From Roseibacillus sp. (GTDB taxonomy: Bacteria > Verrucomicrobiota > Verrucomicrobiia > Verrucomicrobiales > Akkermansiaceae), in assembly GCA_965242925.1 (NCBI GenBank), contig CBDEUM010000029.1:256001-320000 (forward strand): a stretch of DNA of 64,000 nt. Direction: 5' to 3'. The notes beneath the pieces were generated by a model. It saw only the letters and a list, made by a program, of their open reading frames with translations. It made no database searches and was not told the DNA's origin. Made by a program: the position numbers and the translations under genes. Below, in pieces: positions 1-9,443 of this stretch (position 1 is the stretch's first letter; each line of letters opens with the position of its first letter).

Positions 1-163
1 GGATTGAAGCAGATGGTCGGATTCGATGGCGCCTTCGATGAGTGAGAAAATCGTTGGGAAATTGGGGAGGATTGGTATAGGGCTCCCTTCCAACCGAGAA
101 CACTAAATCGAAGACGAGCTACCGGCAAGGAGCGTCGGTCGACGCTCAGCGACACGGCTTCCC
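1..163 (+). ncRNA. Candidate 6S RNA-like structured RNA, 5' end probably outside the window
   Basis: Rod-like nested pairing: CTTCGAT-gAGTG (33-44) with CACTaaATCGAAG (101-113), TCGTTGGGA (51-59) with TTCCAACCGA (88-97), GGGAG/CTCCC apex. A 3' hairpin GAGCGTCG-GT-CGACGCTC (130-147) follows, then an intrinsic terminator. No convincing ORF. Confidence 0.45.
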
Positions 164-164
164 G

Positions 165-206
165 CCGCCGGCATCTGCCTCTTGAGGCAGACTTGGCGGT
201 TTTTTA
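165..206 (+). terminator. Rho-independent terminator
   Basis: CCGCC..TCTGCCTC-TT-GAGGCAGA..GGCGG stem followed by a T6 tract. Confidence 0.7.
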
Positions 207-271
207 TTAGTGCTCATAGAGCGGAAAAATCCGCGGGTTGCAGCCATGAACAACACTCATCAGATTGAATC

Positions 272-1168
272 ATGCTAAGGAATTTTACCAAGGGTCTTAT
301 CAGTTGTGGAATAGTGGGCCTCGTCGTGGGCTGTGGAGGGAAGGAAACCAGGGATGGTGCTGAAGAGAGCGCCAAGGTGCTGCGGTTTTCAGCCATCCCG
401 GATGAGGACACTACCGCACAGAAGGAGCGCTTTCAACCGGTGGCCGACTACCTTTCGCAGGAGCTGGGAATCAAGGTGGAGTTTGTCCCTTCAATCAACT
501 ATGGTGCATCGGTGGAGAAGTTCGAAAACAACGACATCCAACTGGCCTGGTTCGGAGGGGTAACGGGAGTGCAGGCGATGACGGCGGTTGAGGGAGCGCG
601 TGCACTGGTTGCCGGAGAAAACGATCTCGCTTTCAAGTCCTACTTCATTGCGAATTCGTCGACCGGGCTGGAGGCGTCGGATGAGTTTCCGGGCGCGATA
701 GCGAATCTCACCTTCACCTACGGGAGTTCCAGTTCGACGTCAGGCTGTATCATGCCCAGCCACTTCATCATGGAGAATACCGGCAAGGCGCCCCTCGAGT
801 TCTTCAAGAATAAGCCCGGCTTTTCAGGTGCCCATGACAGGACCGCAATGCAGGTTCAGGATGGGACGTTCCAGGCCGGGGCCCTCAACTACCGCACCTA
901 CGAGAAGCTGGTTGCAGAGGGAAGACTTGATCCCGAAAAGTGCGTGAAGATCTGGGAGACTCCGCCATACGCGGACTATAACATGACCGCCCACCCGTCT
1001 CTTGAGGAGACCTTCGGGGAGGGGTTCCTCGACAAGCTCCAGGCCGTTCTGGTCGAGTGCGGGGATGAGGCAGCGCTGAAGGCTCTCAATCGGAAGAAGC
1101 TGGTGAAGGTCGATAACGACACCTTTGCAGGCATTGCGACTGTCATGGAGAAAGTGAAGTTCGACTGA
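272..1168 (+). CDS. PhnD-like ABC substrate-binding lipoprotein (putative selenate/phosphonate/phosphite family)
   Basis: Lipobox VVGC; FSAIPD, LAWFGGVTGVQA, STSG and HD motifs; first gene of the ABC trio. Confidence 0.85.
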   Translation: MLRNFTKGLISCGIVGLVVGCGGKETRDGAEESAKVLRFSAIPDEDTTAQKERFQPVADYLSQELGIKVEFVPSINYGASVEKFENNDIQLAWFGGVTGVQAMTAVEGARALVAGENDLAFKSYFIANSSTGLEASDEFPGAIANLTFTYGSSSSTSGCIMPSHFIMENTGKAPLEFFKNKPGFSGAHDRTAMQVQDGTFQAGALNYRTYEKLVAEGRLDPEKCVKIWETPPYADYNMTAHPSLEETFGEGFLDKLQAVLVECGDEAALKALNRKKLVKVDNDTFAGIATVMEKVKFD

Positions 1169-1183
1169 TCCTGCCCCGGTTCC

Positions 1184-1951
1184 ATGGAGATGGTGTTTGA
1201 GCTCGACAATGCGTGCCGGAGCTTTGGCGCGGTGAAGGCGCTTGAAGACATCAATCTCTCGGTTGCAAAAGGTGAGCGAGTTGCGCTCATTGGCGCTTCA
1301 GGGAGCGGGAAGACGACCCTTCTGCGCCTGCTCGGGGCCCAGTTGGCGCCAGACCGGGGATCGGTGCGGGTCCTGGGCTGCGACCCGCTGGGGATGGGCG
1401 AACGGGGCCTGCGCGCCCTTCGTTCGCGCCTGGCGTTCCTTCCGCAGGATCTGGGGCTCGTTTTAAACCTGCGCGTGCTGCAGAACGTGGTGGCAGGTCG
1501 CTGCGGGCGGCGGTCGATTCTCGGAACATTGCGTGATTTGATCTTGCCGGGTCTCGATGTGCGCCGGGAGATCTACGCCCTGCTCGACCGGGTGGGGATT
1601 GGGGAGAAAATGTACGATCGAGTCGACACCCTCTCCGGCGGTCAGCGGCAGAGGGTGGCGGTGGCGCGAGCTCTCTTCCAGGAACCCGTGGCTCTTCTGG
1701 CCGATGAACCGGTATCGGCCGTGGATCCAGCGCGGGCTCGCGATGTCCTCGAATTGCTTGCGCGCTTGTGTGAGGAAGAGGAGTTGACCCTGCTTGTTTC
1801 CATGCATCAGCTCGAACTAGCGAAGGAATTCTTTCCTCGACTGGTCGGCCTGAAGGCGGGCCGCATCGTATTGGACGGCGAACCGTCCGCCCTTGGGGAC
1901 GATAAACTGGACGCTTTGTTCCGACTTGGAGAGGGGGCGGAGGCCTCGTGA
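1184..1951 (+). CDS. PhnC-like ABC ATPase
   Basis: Walker A GASGSGKT, signature LSGGQRQR, Walker B LLADEPVSAVDP. Confidence 0.9.
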   Translation: MEMVFELDNACRSFGAVKALEDINLSVAKGERVALIGASGSGKTTLLRLLGAQLAPDRGSVRVLGCDPLGMGERGLRALRSRLAFLPQDLGLVLNLRVLQNVVAGRCGRRSILGTLRDLILPGLDVRREIYALLDRVGIGEKMYDRVDTLSGGQRQRVAVARALFQEPVALLADEPVSAVDPARARDVLELLARLCEEEELTLLVSMHQLELAKEFFPRLVGLKAGRIVLDGEPSALGDDKLDALFRLGEGAEAS

Positions 1952-3813
1952 AGATACCGGCCAACCTGTGGCTGGGTAAGCGTCTGGTGGTGTTTGCCCT
2001 CGTGTTCGTGTTCGCGGGATGCGCTTTGGTGCTCGGTCCGCGTGTGATCCAGTTGAGAGAGGGCGCCGATCCATTTGCGGAGATCGGGCGCTTTGCTGGA
2101 GCGGCATTTGCACCTTCCCTGGTCGACCAGAATGCATCCCTTCCATCCGACGCGACGCCCTTTCTGGAGCGTCTCGGAGGCAGTATGGGGCGAACCTTCC
2201 GCTACGCCTTGATTGCGATGAGCCTCGCGGTGCCGGCTGGTCTGGTGCTCGGATTCTTCGCCTCCTCGGCGTGGTGGCCGGGGGTAATGACCTATGGACG
2301 GGTCTCAGCGAAGCGGCATATGCTGCGCGGGGCTCTTCGCCTGCTGCGCTGGAGTTGCCGCCTTCTCATCACGCTGGGGCGCTCCATCCATGAACTGGTG
2401 TGGGCCCTGCTCTTCCTTTCGGCGCTCGGGGATGCACCCATTGCGGCCTGTGTGGCCCTCGCCCTTCCCTTTGCGGGAACACTCGGGAAAGTGTTTTCGG
2501 AACTCATCGATGAACAATCGCAGGGCCCGCGGGCTGCTCTCCTGGCCACCGGGGCTTCCCCGCTGCAGGCCTTTGCAGGTGCTCTTTTCCCGCCTGCCCT
2601 TCCCGAGATGCTGACCTACACGGTCTACCGGTTCGAGTGCGCCCTCCGTTCCTCCGCCGTGCTCGGATTTATCGGCGTAGAAACGATCGGGCTGGGCATC
2701 CGCCAGTCCTACGAGAACCTCTTTTATGGTGAAGTGTGGACCCAGCTCTACGCGCTGGTTATTGTTGTTGTAGCGGTTGATGTGGTTGGTGCCCGGTTGC
2801 GGGATCGCCTGAACCGAGGCACCCTGCGGAATCGCGTAGCCGAGACAGCGGGAAAGAGCCTGGAGCGGGCCGAAGAGCTCCTTCGCCGGACGGCCCCGCG
2901 CGATTGGCTCGTGCGGGGTGGGGGGATTGCGGTGGTGATGGTCGTCCTGCTCTCCTGGAATTTCGGGGAGCGACTGGGAACAGATCTCACGCGCGACCAG
3001 CGGACGGAACGTATGGGGCGATTTCTCACCAAGCTCACGCCCGAGCCGGCCCGACCGGATGACAGATTGGCCTCGGGAACAGAACGGGTGGGAGCCCTGT
3101 GGGAGAATTCAGGCGCGGTGGGGGATTGGGCGCGTGATCTCTGGACCCGCAACGGAGCGGAGGCCCTTCTCAATACCGTGGCAATTGCCAGTGCGGCTAT
3201 CGTGCTGGCAGGGATCGGTGCGGCCTTGCTTCTGCCGCTGGGCAGCAGGGCCCTCGCACGGGGAGATCCTTTTGGTGTCCTGGGAACGGCTTCGCGAGGG
3301 GTGCATCTGCTCTGGGCCCTGGTGGGGTTTATGACCCGTGGAGTCTTTGTGCTGGGACGGGCGGTGCCGGAGTATGTCTACGCATTTCTCCTGGTGGGTC
3401 TCCTGGGACCGAGTGCCTGGCCGCTGGTCCTTGCCCTGGCCCTTCATAACCTGGGGATCCTCGGTCGCCTGTGGGGCGAGGTCATGGAAAACCAACGGCC
3501 GGAAGGACCGCGTTACTGGGTTCAGAGCGGGGCAGGGCGCGGCCAGACCTATCTGGGCAGTCTCGCTCCGCTATCCTTCAACCGCTTCCTTCTCTTCTTC
3601 TTCTACCGGTGGGAGACCTGTATCCGGGAAGCCACCATCCTCGGGATGCTTGGGATCTCGTCGCTCGGCTACTACGTCTCGATCTCGCATAACTGGCTTC
3701 GCTACGACCAGATGCTCTTTTATGTCCTGCTGGGAGCGGCGGCTGTCTTTGCAGGGGACCTTCTCTCGGACTGGATGAGACGGAGGCTGCGCGGCACGCC
3801 TGTCAGCCTCTGA
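1948..3813 (+). CDS. PhnE/PtxC-like permease with two fused permease domains
   Basis: Two copies of R(S/A)(I/V)xE...YR(F/W)E..(L/I)R...LG..G...G permease motif; overlaps the ATPase stop. Confidence 0.85.
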   Translation: MKIPANLWLGKRLVVFALVFVFAGCALVLGPRVIQLREGADPFAEIGRFAGAAFAPSLVDQNASLPSDATPFLERLGGSMGRTFRYALIAMSLAVPAGLVLGFFASSAWWPGVMTYGRVSAKRHMLRGALRLLRWSCRLLITLGRSIHELVWALLFLSALGDAPIAACVALALPFAGTLGKVFSELIDEQSQGPRAALLATGASPLQAFAGALFPPALPEMLTYTVYRFECALRSSAVLGFIGVETIGLGIRQSYENLFYGEVWTQLYALVIVVVAVDVVGARLRDRLNRGTLRNRVAETAGKSLERAEELLRRTAPRDWLVRGGGIAVVMVVLLSWNFGERLGTDLTRDQRTERMGRFLTKLTPEPARPDDRLASGTERVGALWENSGAVGDWARDLWTRNGAEALLNTVAIASAAIVLAGIGAALLLPLGSRALARGDPFGVLGTASRGVHLLWALVGFMTRGVFVLGRAVPEYVYAFLLVGLLGPSAWPLVLALALHNLGILGRLWGEVMENQRPEGPRYWVQSGAGRGQTYLGSLAPLSFNRFLLFFFYRWETCIREATILGMLGISSLGYYVSISHNWLRYDQMLFYVLLGAAAVFAGDLLSDWMRRRLRGTPVSL

Positions 3814-3830
3814 CTGCCCCCCTGATCCCG

Positions 3831-4853
3831 TTAGCCCCGGCTCTCGATCTGTGAAATGGCCCAGGTGGCGTGTTCGGCGATGAGGGGGTCCTCATCCGCG
3901 GCCGCGATATGGAGGGCGGGGAGATCGCGTGCTTCGCCGATGTTCCCCAGGACCACGCAGACGTTGCGGAGAAAGCGGGGACGCTTGATGCGCTTGATGG
4001 GGGACTTTCGGAAAAGACGGCGGAATTCCTCCTCGGAGAGAGCGAGAAAGTCGCGCAGTTCATGCTGGAAGACGTCCTTCCGGGCATGGAAGCGCAGGTC
4101 GCGGCTGGTCTTTGCGAAGCGGTTCCAGGGGCACGCGTCCAGGCAGTCATCACAGCCGTAAAGGCGATTTCCTATCAGGGAGCGCAGTTCCAGTGGGATG
4201 GATCCCTTGTGCTCGATGGTGAGGTAGGAGATGCAACGGGGGGCATCCACGAAATGGGGCCGGGGAATGGCGTTGGTGGGACAGGCGTCCAGGCAGGCGG
4301 TGCACTTTCCGCAATGGTCATTCTCCGGTGGATCGGGTGGGAGAGGAAGGGTGGTGATGAGCTCTGCGAGAAAGAACCAGGCTCCGAGTTTGCGGTGGAT
4401 CTGGACGGTCGATTTTCCGTTCCATCCGAGGCCTGCCTCGGATGCGAAGTCCCGTTCGAGGATCGGTCCGGTGTCGACGTAATAACGCTGCTTCCCGCCC
4501 ATCTCCTGCATGGCCCGGTCGAGAACTGCCAGTTTTTCCTCGATGACATCGTGGTAATCGTCATTCCAGGAATAGCGGGCGATGCGGTAAGCCGGGTTGG
4601 GCTCCTGTGGGCCGGGGTAGTAGTTGAGGGCCAGGCAGACGACTGCCCGGGCACCGGGCAGGATTTGGCGTGGGTCAGTCCGGCGCTCCGGGTTGCGTTC
4701 GAGCCACTTCATGTCCCCCGCCTTGCCCCGGGCCACCCAGGCCAGGAATTCGTCGGCATGCCGGGCCCGTCCAGCGGGCGCCACCCGGCAGTCGTCAAAG
4801 CCGATCCGGGTGGCAATCGACTGCAAGTTGTTTTTGGCGACCAGTGGGTCCAC
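3831..4853 (-). CDS. queG: tRNA epoxyqueuosine(34) reductase
   Basis: IARY..DYH, VDTGPILER, CGKCTACLDACP, CISYLTIE, GCDDCLDACPWN. Confidence 0.95.
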   Translation of the reverse strand: MDPLVAKNNLQSIATRIGFDDCRVAPAGRARHADEFLAWVARGKAGDMKWLERNPERRTDPRQILPGARAVVCLALNYYPGPQEPNPAYRIARYSWNDDYHDVIEEKLAVLDRAMQEMGGKQRYYVDTGPILERDFASEAGLGWNGKSTVQIHRKLGAWFFLAELITTLPLPPDPPENDHCGKCTACLDACPTNAIPRPHFVDAPRCISYLTIEHKGSIPLELRSLIGNRLYGCDDCLDACPWNRFAKTSRDLRFHARKDVFQHELRDFLALSEEEFRRLFRKSPIKRIKRPRFLRNVCVVLGNIGEARDLPALHIAAADEDPLIAEHATWAISQIESRG

Positions 4854-4942
4854 GAGTCCGGGTTTGCAGGCGTTTGGTTAAGAGGGAGCTGAAAGCGTAT
4901 GATGCCCGTGAGCATTGCTCAACACGTGAAAGTAGATCGCAA

Positions 4943-5491
4943 TCACCGGGCGAAGAAGTAGCGGGCGGATTCCACAATCCCGGTGGTGATCTCCGGGAAG
5001 GTGAGGTCATCGGTTTCGATTTCCTGGTGAGCGGTGCCGCGGTAGAGTTCGCAGCGCTCCTTGAGCAGGCGGCCGATGGTCCCCTTCTGGTCCTCGTTAT
5101 TGAGGAGGGGGCGATCCCTGTTCTTGCCCGTGCGCCTCATGATTTCCCCGGCCGAAACCACCAGCCAGACCACGAAACCCAGTCGGCGCAGGATTTCCCG
5201 GTTTTCGGGGCGAACGATAACACCCCCACCGGTGGCGATGATGCGACGGGTGGGCAGGGATTCTTCGAGTTTGCGCAGAATGGCCGATTCCAGGTCCCTG
5301 AAGGCGTCCTCGCCCTCATCCTCGAATATTTTCCGGATTGGTTTGCCCGCCTGCTTGACGATCAGGACATCGGTATCGACCACGGGATATCCGAGGGTAT
5401 GGGAGAGTTCCCGGGCAATAGAGGACTTTCCGGAGCCCATGAAGCCGATCAGGACGATGTTTTTTGGTGGAGACGGGGATTCGGCTGCCAT
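4943..5491 (-). CDS. aroK: Shikimate kinase
   Basis: NIVLIGFMGSGKS, GEDAFRDLE, IATGGG, RPLL. Confidence 0.95.
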   Translation of the reverse strand: MAAESPSPPKNIVLIGFMGSGKSSIARELSHTLGYPVVDTDVLIVKQAGKPIRKIFEDEGEDAFRDLESAILRKLEESLPTRRIIATGGGVIVRPENREILRRLGFVVWLVVSAGEIMRRTGKNRDRPLLNNEDQKGTIGRLLKERCELYRGTAHQEIETDDLTFPEITTGIVESARYFFAR

Positions 5492-5557
5492 GGAGGCAGG
5501 AGTTTAGGGCCGAAATTCTAAATTCTAAACCCTAAGTGTTATTTGTTACAGCGGGGC

Positions 5558-6583
5558 GTGCAGACACGCGTGGAAAATGCCGACTTTGAGAATTGGGGTG
5601 CCGCGGCCGGGGAGGCCGCCAAGGTGCTGGCCGCCGGCGAAGTGGTGGCGGTGCCGACCGAGACGGTCTATGGATTGGCGGCGGTGGCCTTCAACCCGAA
5701 GGCGGTGGCCAAGGTGTTCGAAGCCAAGGAGCGCCCGTCCTTTGATCCCCTCATTGTGCATCTGGCCGGCATCCGGGATCTCCACCGGGTGGCGGTGGTG
5801 CCGGAAGGACTCGAGGGGGTGGTACGCCAACTGGCGGAGGCTTTCTGGCCCGGTCCCCTTACTCTTGTGCTGCCGAAACACGAAGACGTTCCGGACCTGG
5901 TGACGAGCGGGTTGCCCACCGTGGCGGTGCGGGTGAGCAAGCACGAGGTGATGCGCTATCTTGCCAGGGAACTTGGTCCCATCGCCGCGCCCAGTGCAAA
6001 TCGCTTCGGACGTATCAGCCCGACTTCGGCCGGTGCGGTGATGAATGAACTGGAAGGCCGTATCCCGCTGGTCATCGATGGAGGGGCCTGCTCGGACGGC
6101 TTGGAGAGTACAATCGTGGCAGTGGAAGTCGGAGAGAAACGCCCCACCCTGCGACTGCTGCGTCCCGGGCCGGTTACGCGTGAGGATCTTCGAAAGTTTG
6201 GTCGGGTGGTGAAGGCCGGACGCGTGACCGACGATCGACCGGAGGCGCCCGGCACGCTGGAGTCGCATTACGCTCCGGGTGTGCCGGTCCTTCTCTTTGA
6301 CGACCCCGGGGAGTTCGAGCCGGAAGAGGGCAGGAACTACGCCCTCCTGAGTTACCGGGGTGATCCACGGGACGGCTATCTTGAGCGTCATGCGTGGACC
6401 AGGGTGGAAGTCCTCAGCCCTGGGAAGGGAAAGCTGGCAGAAGCGGCAGTGCGCTTCTTTTTCACCATGCGGGCCCTCGATACCGAAGGAATCGACGCCA
6501 TCGTGGCCGAACCGGTGAGCGATGTGGGGATCGGCTCCGCCATCATGGACCGTCTGCGACGTGCGGCGGCCAAGTCATCCTGA
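5558..6583 (+). CDS. sua5: L-threonylcarbamoyladenylate synthase, Sua5 type
   Basis: PTETVYGL, KERPSFDPLIVH, FWPGPLT, AAPSANRFG, C-terminal PG.L.SHYAP; GTG at 5558 is the likely start. Confidence 0.93.
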   Translation: MQTRVENADFENWGAAAGEAAKVLAAGEVVAVPTETVYGLAAVAFNPKAVAKVFEAKERPSFDPLIVHLAGIRDLHRVAVVPEGLEGVVRQLAEAFWPGPLTLVLPKHEDVPDLVTSGLPTVAVRVSKHEVMRYLARELGPIAAPSANRFGRISPTSAGAVMNELEGRIPLVIDGGACSDGLESTIVAVEVGEKRPTLRLLRPGPVTREDLRKFGRVVKAGRVTDDRPEAPGTLESHYAPGVPVLLFDDPGEFEPEEGRNYALLSYRGDPRDGYLERHAWTRVEVLSPGKGKLAEAAVRFFFTMRALDTEGIDAIVAEPVSDVGIGSAIMDRLRRAAAKSS

Positions 6584-6644
6584 ATCCAGTGGTTCTGAGT
6601 ATGGGCATTGAACAACGGGCCTGATTCGGGCATTCTAGGCCCGG

Positions 6645-8738
6645 ATGTTGCGGGCGATGATGACGGTGTCCGGGTTCACTTTGGTGAGCCGGATTCTGGG
6701 ATTCGTGCGAGATATTCTGATTGCCCGGTTCATAGGGACCGGTCCAGTTGCGGATGCCTTCGTGGCGGCCTTCCGGTTTCCCAACATCTTTCGGCGCATC
6801 TTTGGGGAAGGGGCCTACAATGCCGCCTTCGTGCCGCTCTTTGGACGGAAACGGGAAGAGGAGGGGGAGGAGGCTGCAGTGAGTTTCGCTCGCAACACCT
6901 TTTCCGCCCTGGTCTGGGGGGTCGGGATTCTGACCCTGGTCGCGATTCCCTGCATGCACTGGCTCATGATGGCGGTCGTGCCCGGGTTCCTGCCCAAGTA
7001 TGAGGAGGACCTGGGCTCCATCGGACCCGGACAGGCCTTTCATGAACGTAAGGTCAATACGAGGGGTGCACGGGAGATTTATTTCCAGGTCACGGGGGAA
7101 TCGGAGGCTGCGGTGAGGCACTGGTCGGCGCGGACGAGGATAAAGGACATGCGCTTCGTCGATGCCGACGGGAAGGAGTTTCCGCTGCTGGCCAGGCTGG
7201 AGGCGAAGGAATCTCACATGATCCTGGGGGAAGATGAAGATCAGGTCGTGGATTCCAGCGGCTTCATCCGGACCCGTCTCGCCTTGAGTGGTGACAGTCA
7301 CAGTGGTGTCAGACGCGAAGTGGATCCGCGGGAACGGTTCTTCCCGAGAGAAGGAGAGAAGATCCTGGAGGTTGTCCACGGACTGGCATCCGGCGGTTTG
7401 GCACGCATCGTGTTGCCCGAGGGGCACCGACTGGAATCGTTCCATGTGCGGGTGGCGATCGATCCGGCATCCGGCGGTGCGGACTTTCCGCAGGCCACTC
7501 TGCGACTCTACCGCAATCATCCCGACAATTTCGATCTCACGGTGGCGCTCTCGCGCATCATGTTCTGCTACCTGTTCTTCATGGCGCTGGTGGCGCACCT
7601 GAGTGGGGTGCTCAATACCTTCAAGCATTTTGCCATGCCGGCGGCTGCGCCCATCCTGCTGAACATCGTGCTGGTGAGCGCACTGGGACTGACCTGGATG
7701 ATGCGCTGGGAGGGCGACCTTCAGATTGGGAAGACCCTTGCCTGGGGCGTGGCGCTGGCCGGGGTCCTGCAGTTTGCCGCCCTCTGGGTGACCTGTAGCC
7801 GTGCCGGGGCCGTCATGGTGCCCCACAAGCCGCTGTGGAATCCCGAACTTAAAAAACTCCTTCTCCTGATGGGACCGGGTGTGATTGCGGCTGGAATCCA
7901 GCAGGTCAATCTCCTGGTGGGTGGTATCATTGCCTCCTTCCAGCAGGGAGCGATTTCCACGCTTTATTATGCCGACCGGGTCAGCCAACTTCCCCTGGGG
8001 ATGATCGGGATTGCCCTGGGCGTAGTGCTCCTGCCCGAAGTAACTCGGCGCCTTCGCAGCGGCCGCGAAAGCGAGGCGGCCGACAGTATCCTGCGCGGGA
8101 TGGAGTTGGCCATGCTGCTGACCTTGCCTGCCACCGCCGCCATGATTGCCATTCACGAGCCATTGATCGGAGGACTCTTCGGGGGAGACAGGTTCGATGC
8201 GGAAGATGTCAGCAAAACGGGCTGGGCCCTGGCGGGATTCGCCCTGGGACTGCCCGGCTATGTCCTGATCAAGGTGCTGCAGCCGTCCTACTTCGCGCGC
8301 GAAAACACCAAGGCCCCCATGTTCATGGCGGGAGTGGCGGTGGCGGTGAACATTGTGTGCAGCCTGATCCTTTTCAATCTTCTGCGACCCACCGGATACG
8401 GCCACGTGGGGATCGCGGTCGCGACTGCAATTTCCGCCTGGGTGAACGTCGCCCTTCTCTGGCGCGGAATGGATGGATTCGTGAAGATCTCATCCGATGA
8501 GTGGAAGAGATTGATCCGTATGATCCTGGCCAGCGTGGTGATGGGAGGAGTGGTCTGGCTCGCGGGGATGGCCCTGGGTCCCTGGTTGTCCGGGACGCAG
8601 TGGCAGAAGATCATGGCATTGGTCCTGATTGTGGGCACGGGTATGACGGTCTACGGCATCCTTGCCCTCGCGATGCGGGCGACGTCCCTGGCGGCGCTCA
8701 GGGCGGGCTTCGATGAGGCGCGGTCATCCCCCAAGTGA
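6645..8738 (+). CDS. murJ: Lipid II flippase MurJ with a ~175-aa insertion after TM3
   Basis: SRILGFVRD, ADAF..AFRFPNIFRRIFGEGA, YYADRVSQLPLG, QPSYFARENTKAP. Confidence 0.92.
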   Translation: MLRAMMTVSGFTLVSRILGFVRDILIARFIGTGPVADAFVAAFRFPNIFRRIFGEGAYNAAFVPLFGRKREEEGEEAAVSFARNTFSALVWGVGILTLVAIPCMHWLMMAVVPGFLPKYEEDLGSIGPGQAFHERKVNTRGAREIYFQVTGESEAAVRHWSARTRIKDMRFVDADGKEFPLLARLEAKESHMILGEDEDQVVDSSGFIRTRLALSGDSHSGVRREVDPRERFFPREGEKILEVVHGLASGGLARIVLPEGHRLESFHVRVAIDPASGGADFPQATLRLYRNHPDNFDLTVALSRIMFCYLFFMALVAHLSGVLNTFKHFAMPAAAPILLNIVLVSALGLTWMMRWEGDLQIGKTLAWGVALAGVLQFAALWVTCSRAGAVMVPHKPLWNPELKKLLLLMGPGVIAAGIQQVNLLVGGIIASFQQGAISTLYYADRVSQLPLGMIGIALGVVLLPEVTRRLRSGRESEAADSILRGMELAMLLTLPATAAMIAIHEPLIGGLFGGDRFDAEDVSKTGWALAGFALGLPGYVLIKVLQPSYFARENTKAPMFMAGVAVAVNIVCSLILFNLLRPTGYGHVGIAVATAISAWVNVALLWRGMDGFVKISSDEWKRLIRMILASVVMGGVVWLAGMALGPWLSGTQWQKIMALVLIVGTGMTVYGILALAMRATSLAALRAGFDEARSSPK

Positions 8739-8807
8739 AGGGAGGATCCGGCAAAATCGCGGTTGCGGGAATTGAAATGAGGCCTAGGTTCTCGGGCAGT
8801 TGCCCCG

Positions 8808-9443
8808 ATGAAGATTCGCGTGTTTTCCCAAGGCTCCCTGGTCTGCGTGGTGATCTGGGTGCTGGTTCTGGCGGCGCAGGGATATTTCCGGAGTCTGCGG
8901 AGCACGGCGGAGAACCTGGGGAAGATGGTGGAGAAGGAGGAATTTGCGGATTGGACCGCCAGCAAGGGTGAACCGGGAGGCGAAGAGCGGCAGTTGCGCG
9001 ATGGCCGGATCCGCGAGGTAGTGTCGCTGCTCGCCGGTCAGGAGTTCAATCCCGAGACCAGGATGCGGCTGACCGAACTGAAGGATCAGTTCTATTCCAG
9101 ATTGTCCCCGGGGGAGAGGAAACTGTTCGTGAACCTCGTCCTTGAGCAGATCGATCCCTACATCGTTCTCTTTGACGCTCTTCCTGTTGAGCGTCGCCGG
9201 AAACTCATCAAGCGAGCGGTAAGGGCCGCGAGGGAGGAACTTCCCCCGGAACTCCTGGGCAGTTACGAAATCCTGAGTGCCGGGGAGGAGCAGGAGAGGA
9301 TTGGTGAAACTGGATGGCGCAGGGCGATGAAGGGGAAGAGCCCTGACCAGATCATGGAATACCTGCAGCTGATCGAGATCGCGGGGGAGCTCATTCAGCG
9401 GCTGCGGATCCCGAAGTGGGAAGGACAGATTCGCGATGAGTGA
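8808..9443 (+). CDS. Hypothetical membrane-anchored helical protein
   Basis: 211-aa ORF with an N-terminal hydrophobic segment, overlapping the downstream ABC ATPase start. Confidence 0.7.
   Translation: MKIRVFSQGSLVCVVIWVLVLAAQGYFRSLRSTAENLGKMVEKEEFADWTASKGEPGGEERQLRDGRIREVVSLLAGQEFNPETRMRLTELKDQFYSRLSPGERKLFVNLVLEQIDPYIVLFDALPVERRRKLIKRAVRAAREELPPELLGSYEILSAGEEQERIGETGWRRAMKGKSPDQIMEYLQLIEIAGELIQRLRIPKWEGQIRDE

Noticed and set aside
5503..5536. AAATTCT tandem flanked by TTAGGG/CCCTAA between aroK and sua5
   Set aside because: Consistent with an ordinary divergent promoter; no regulator assignable
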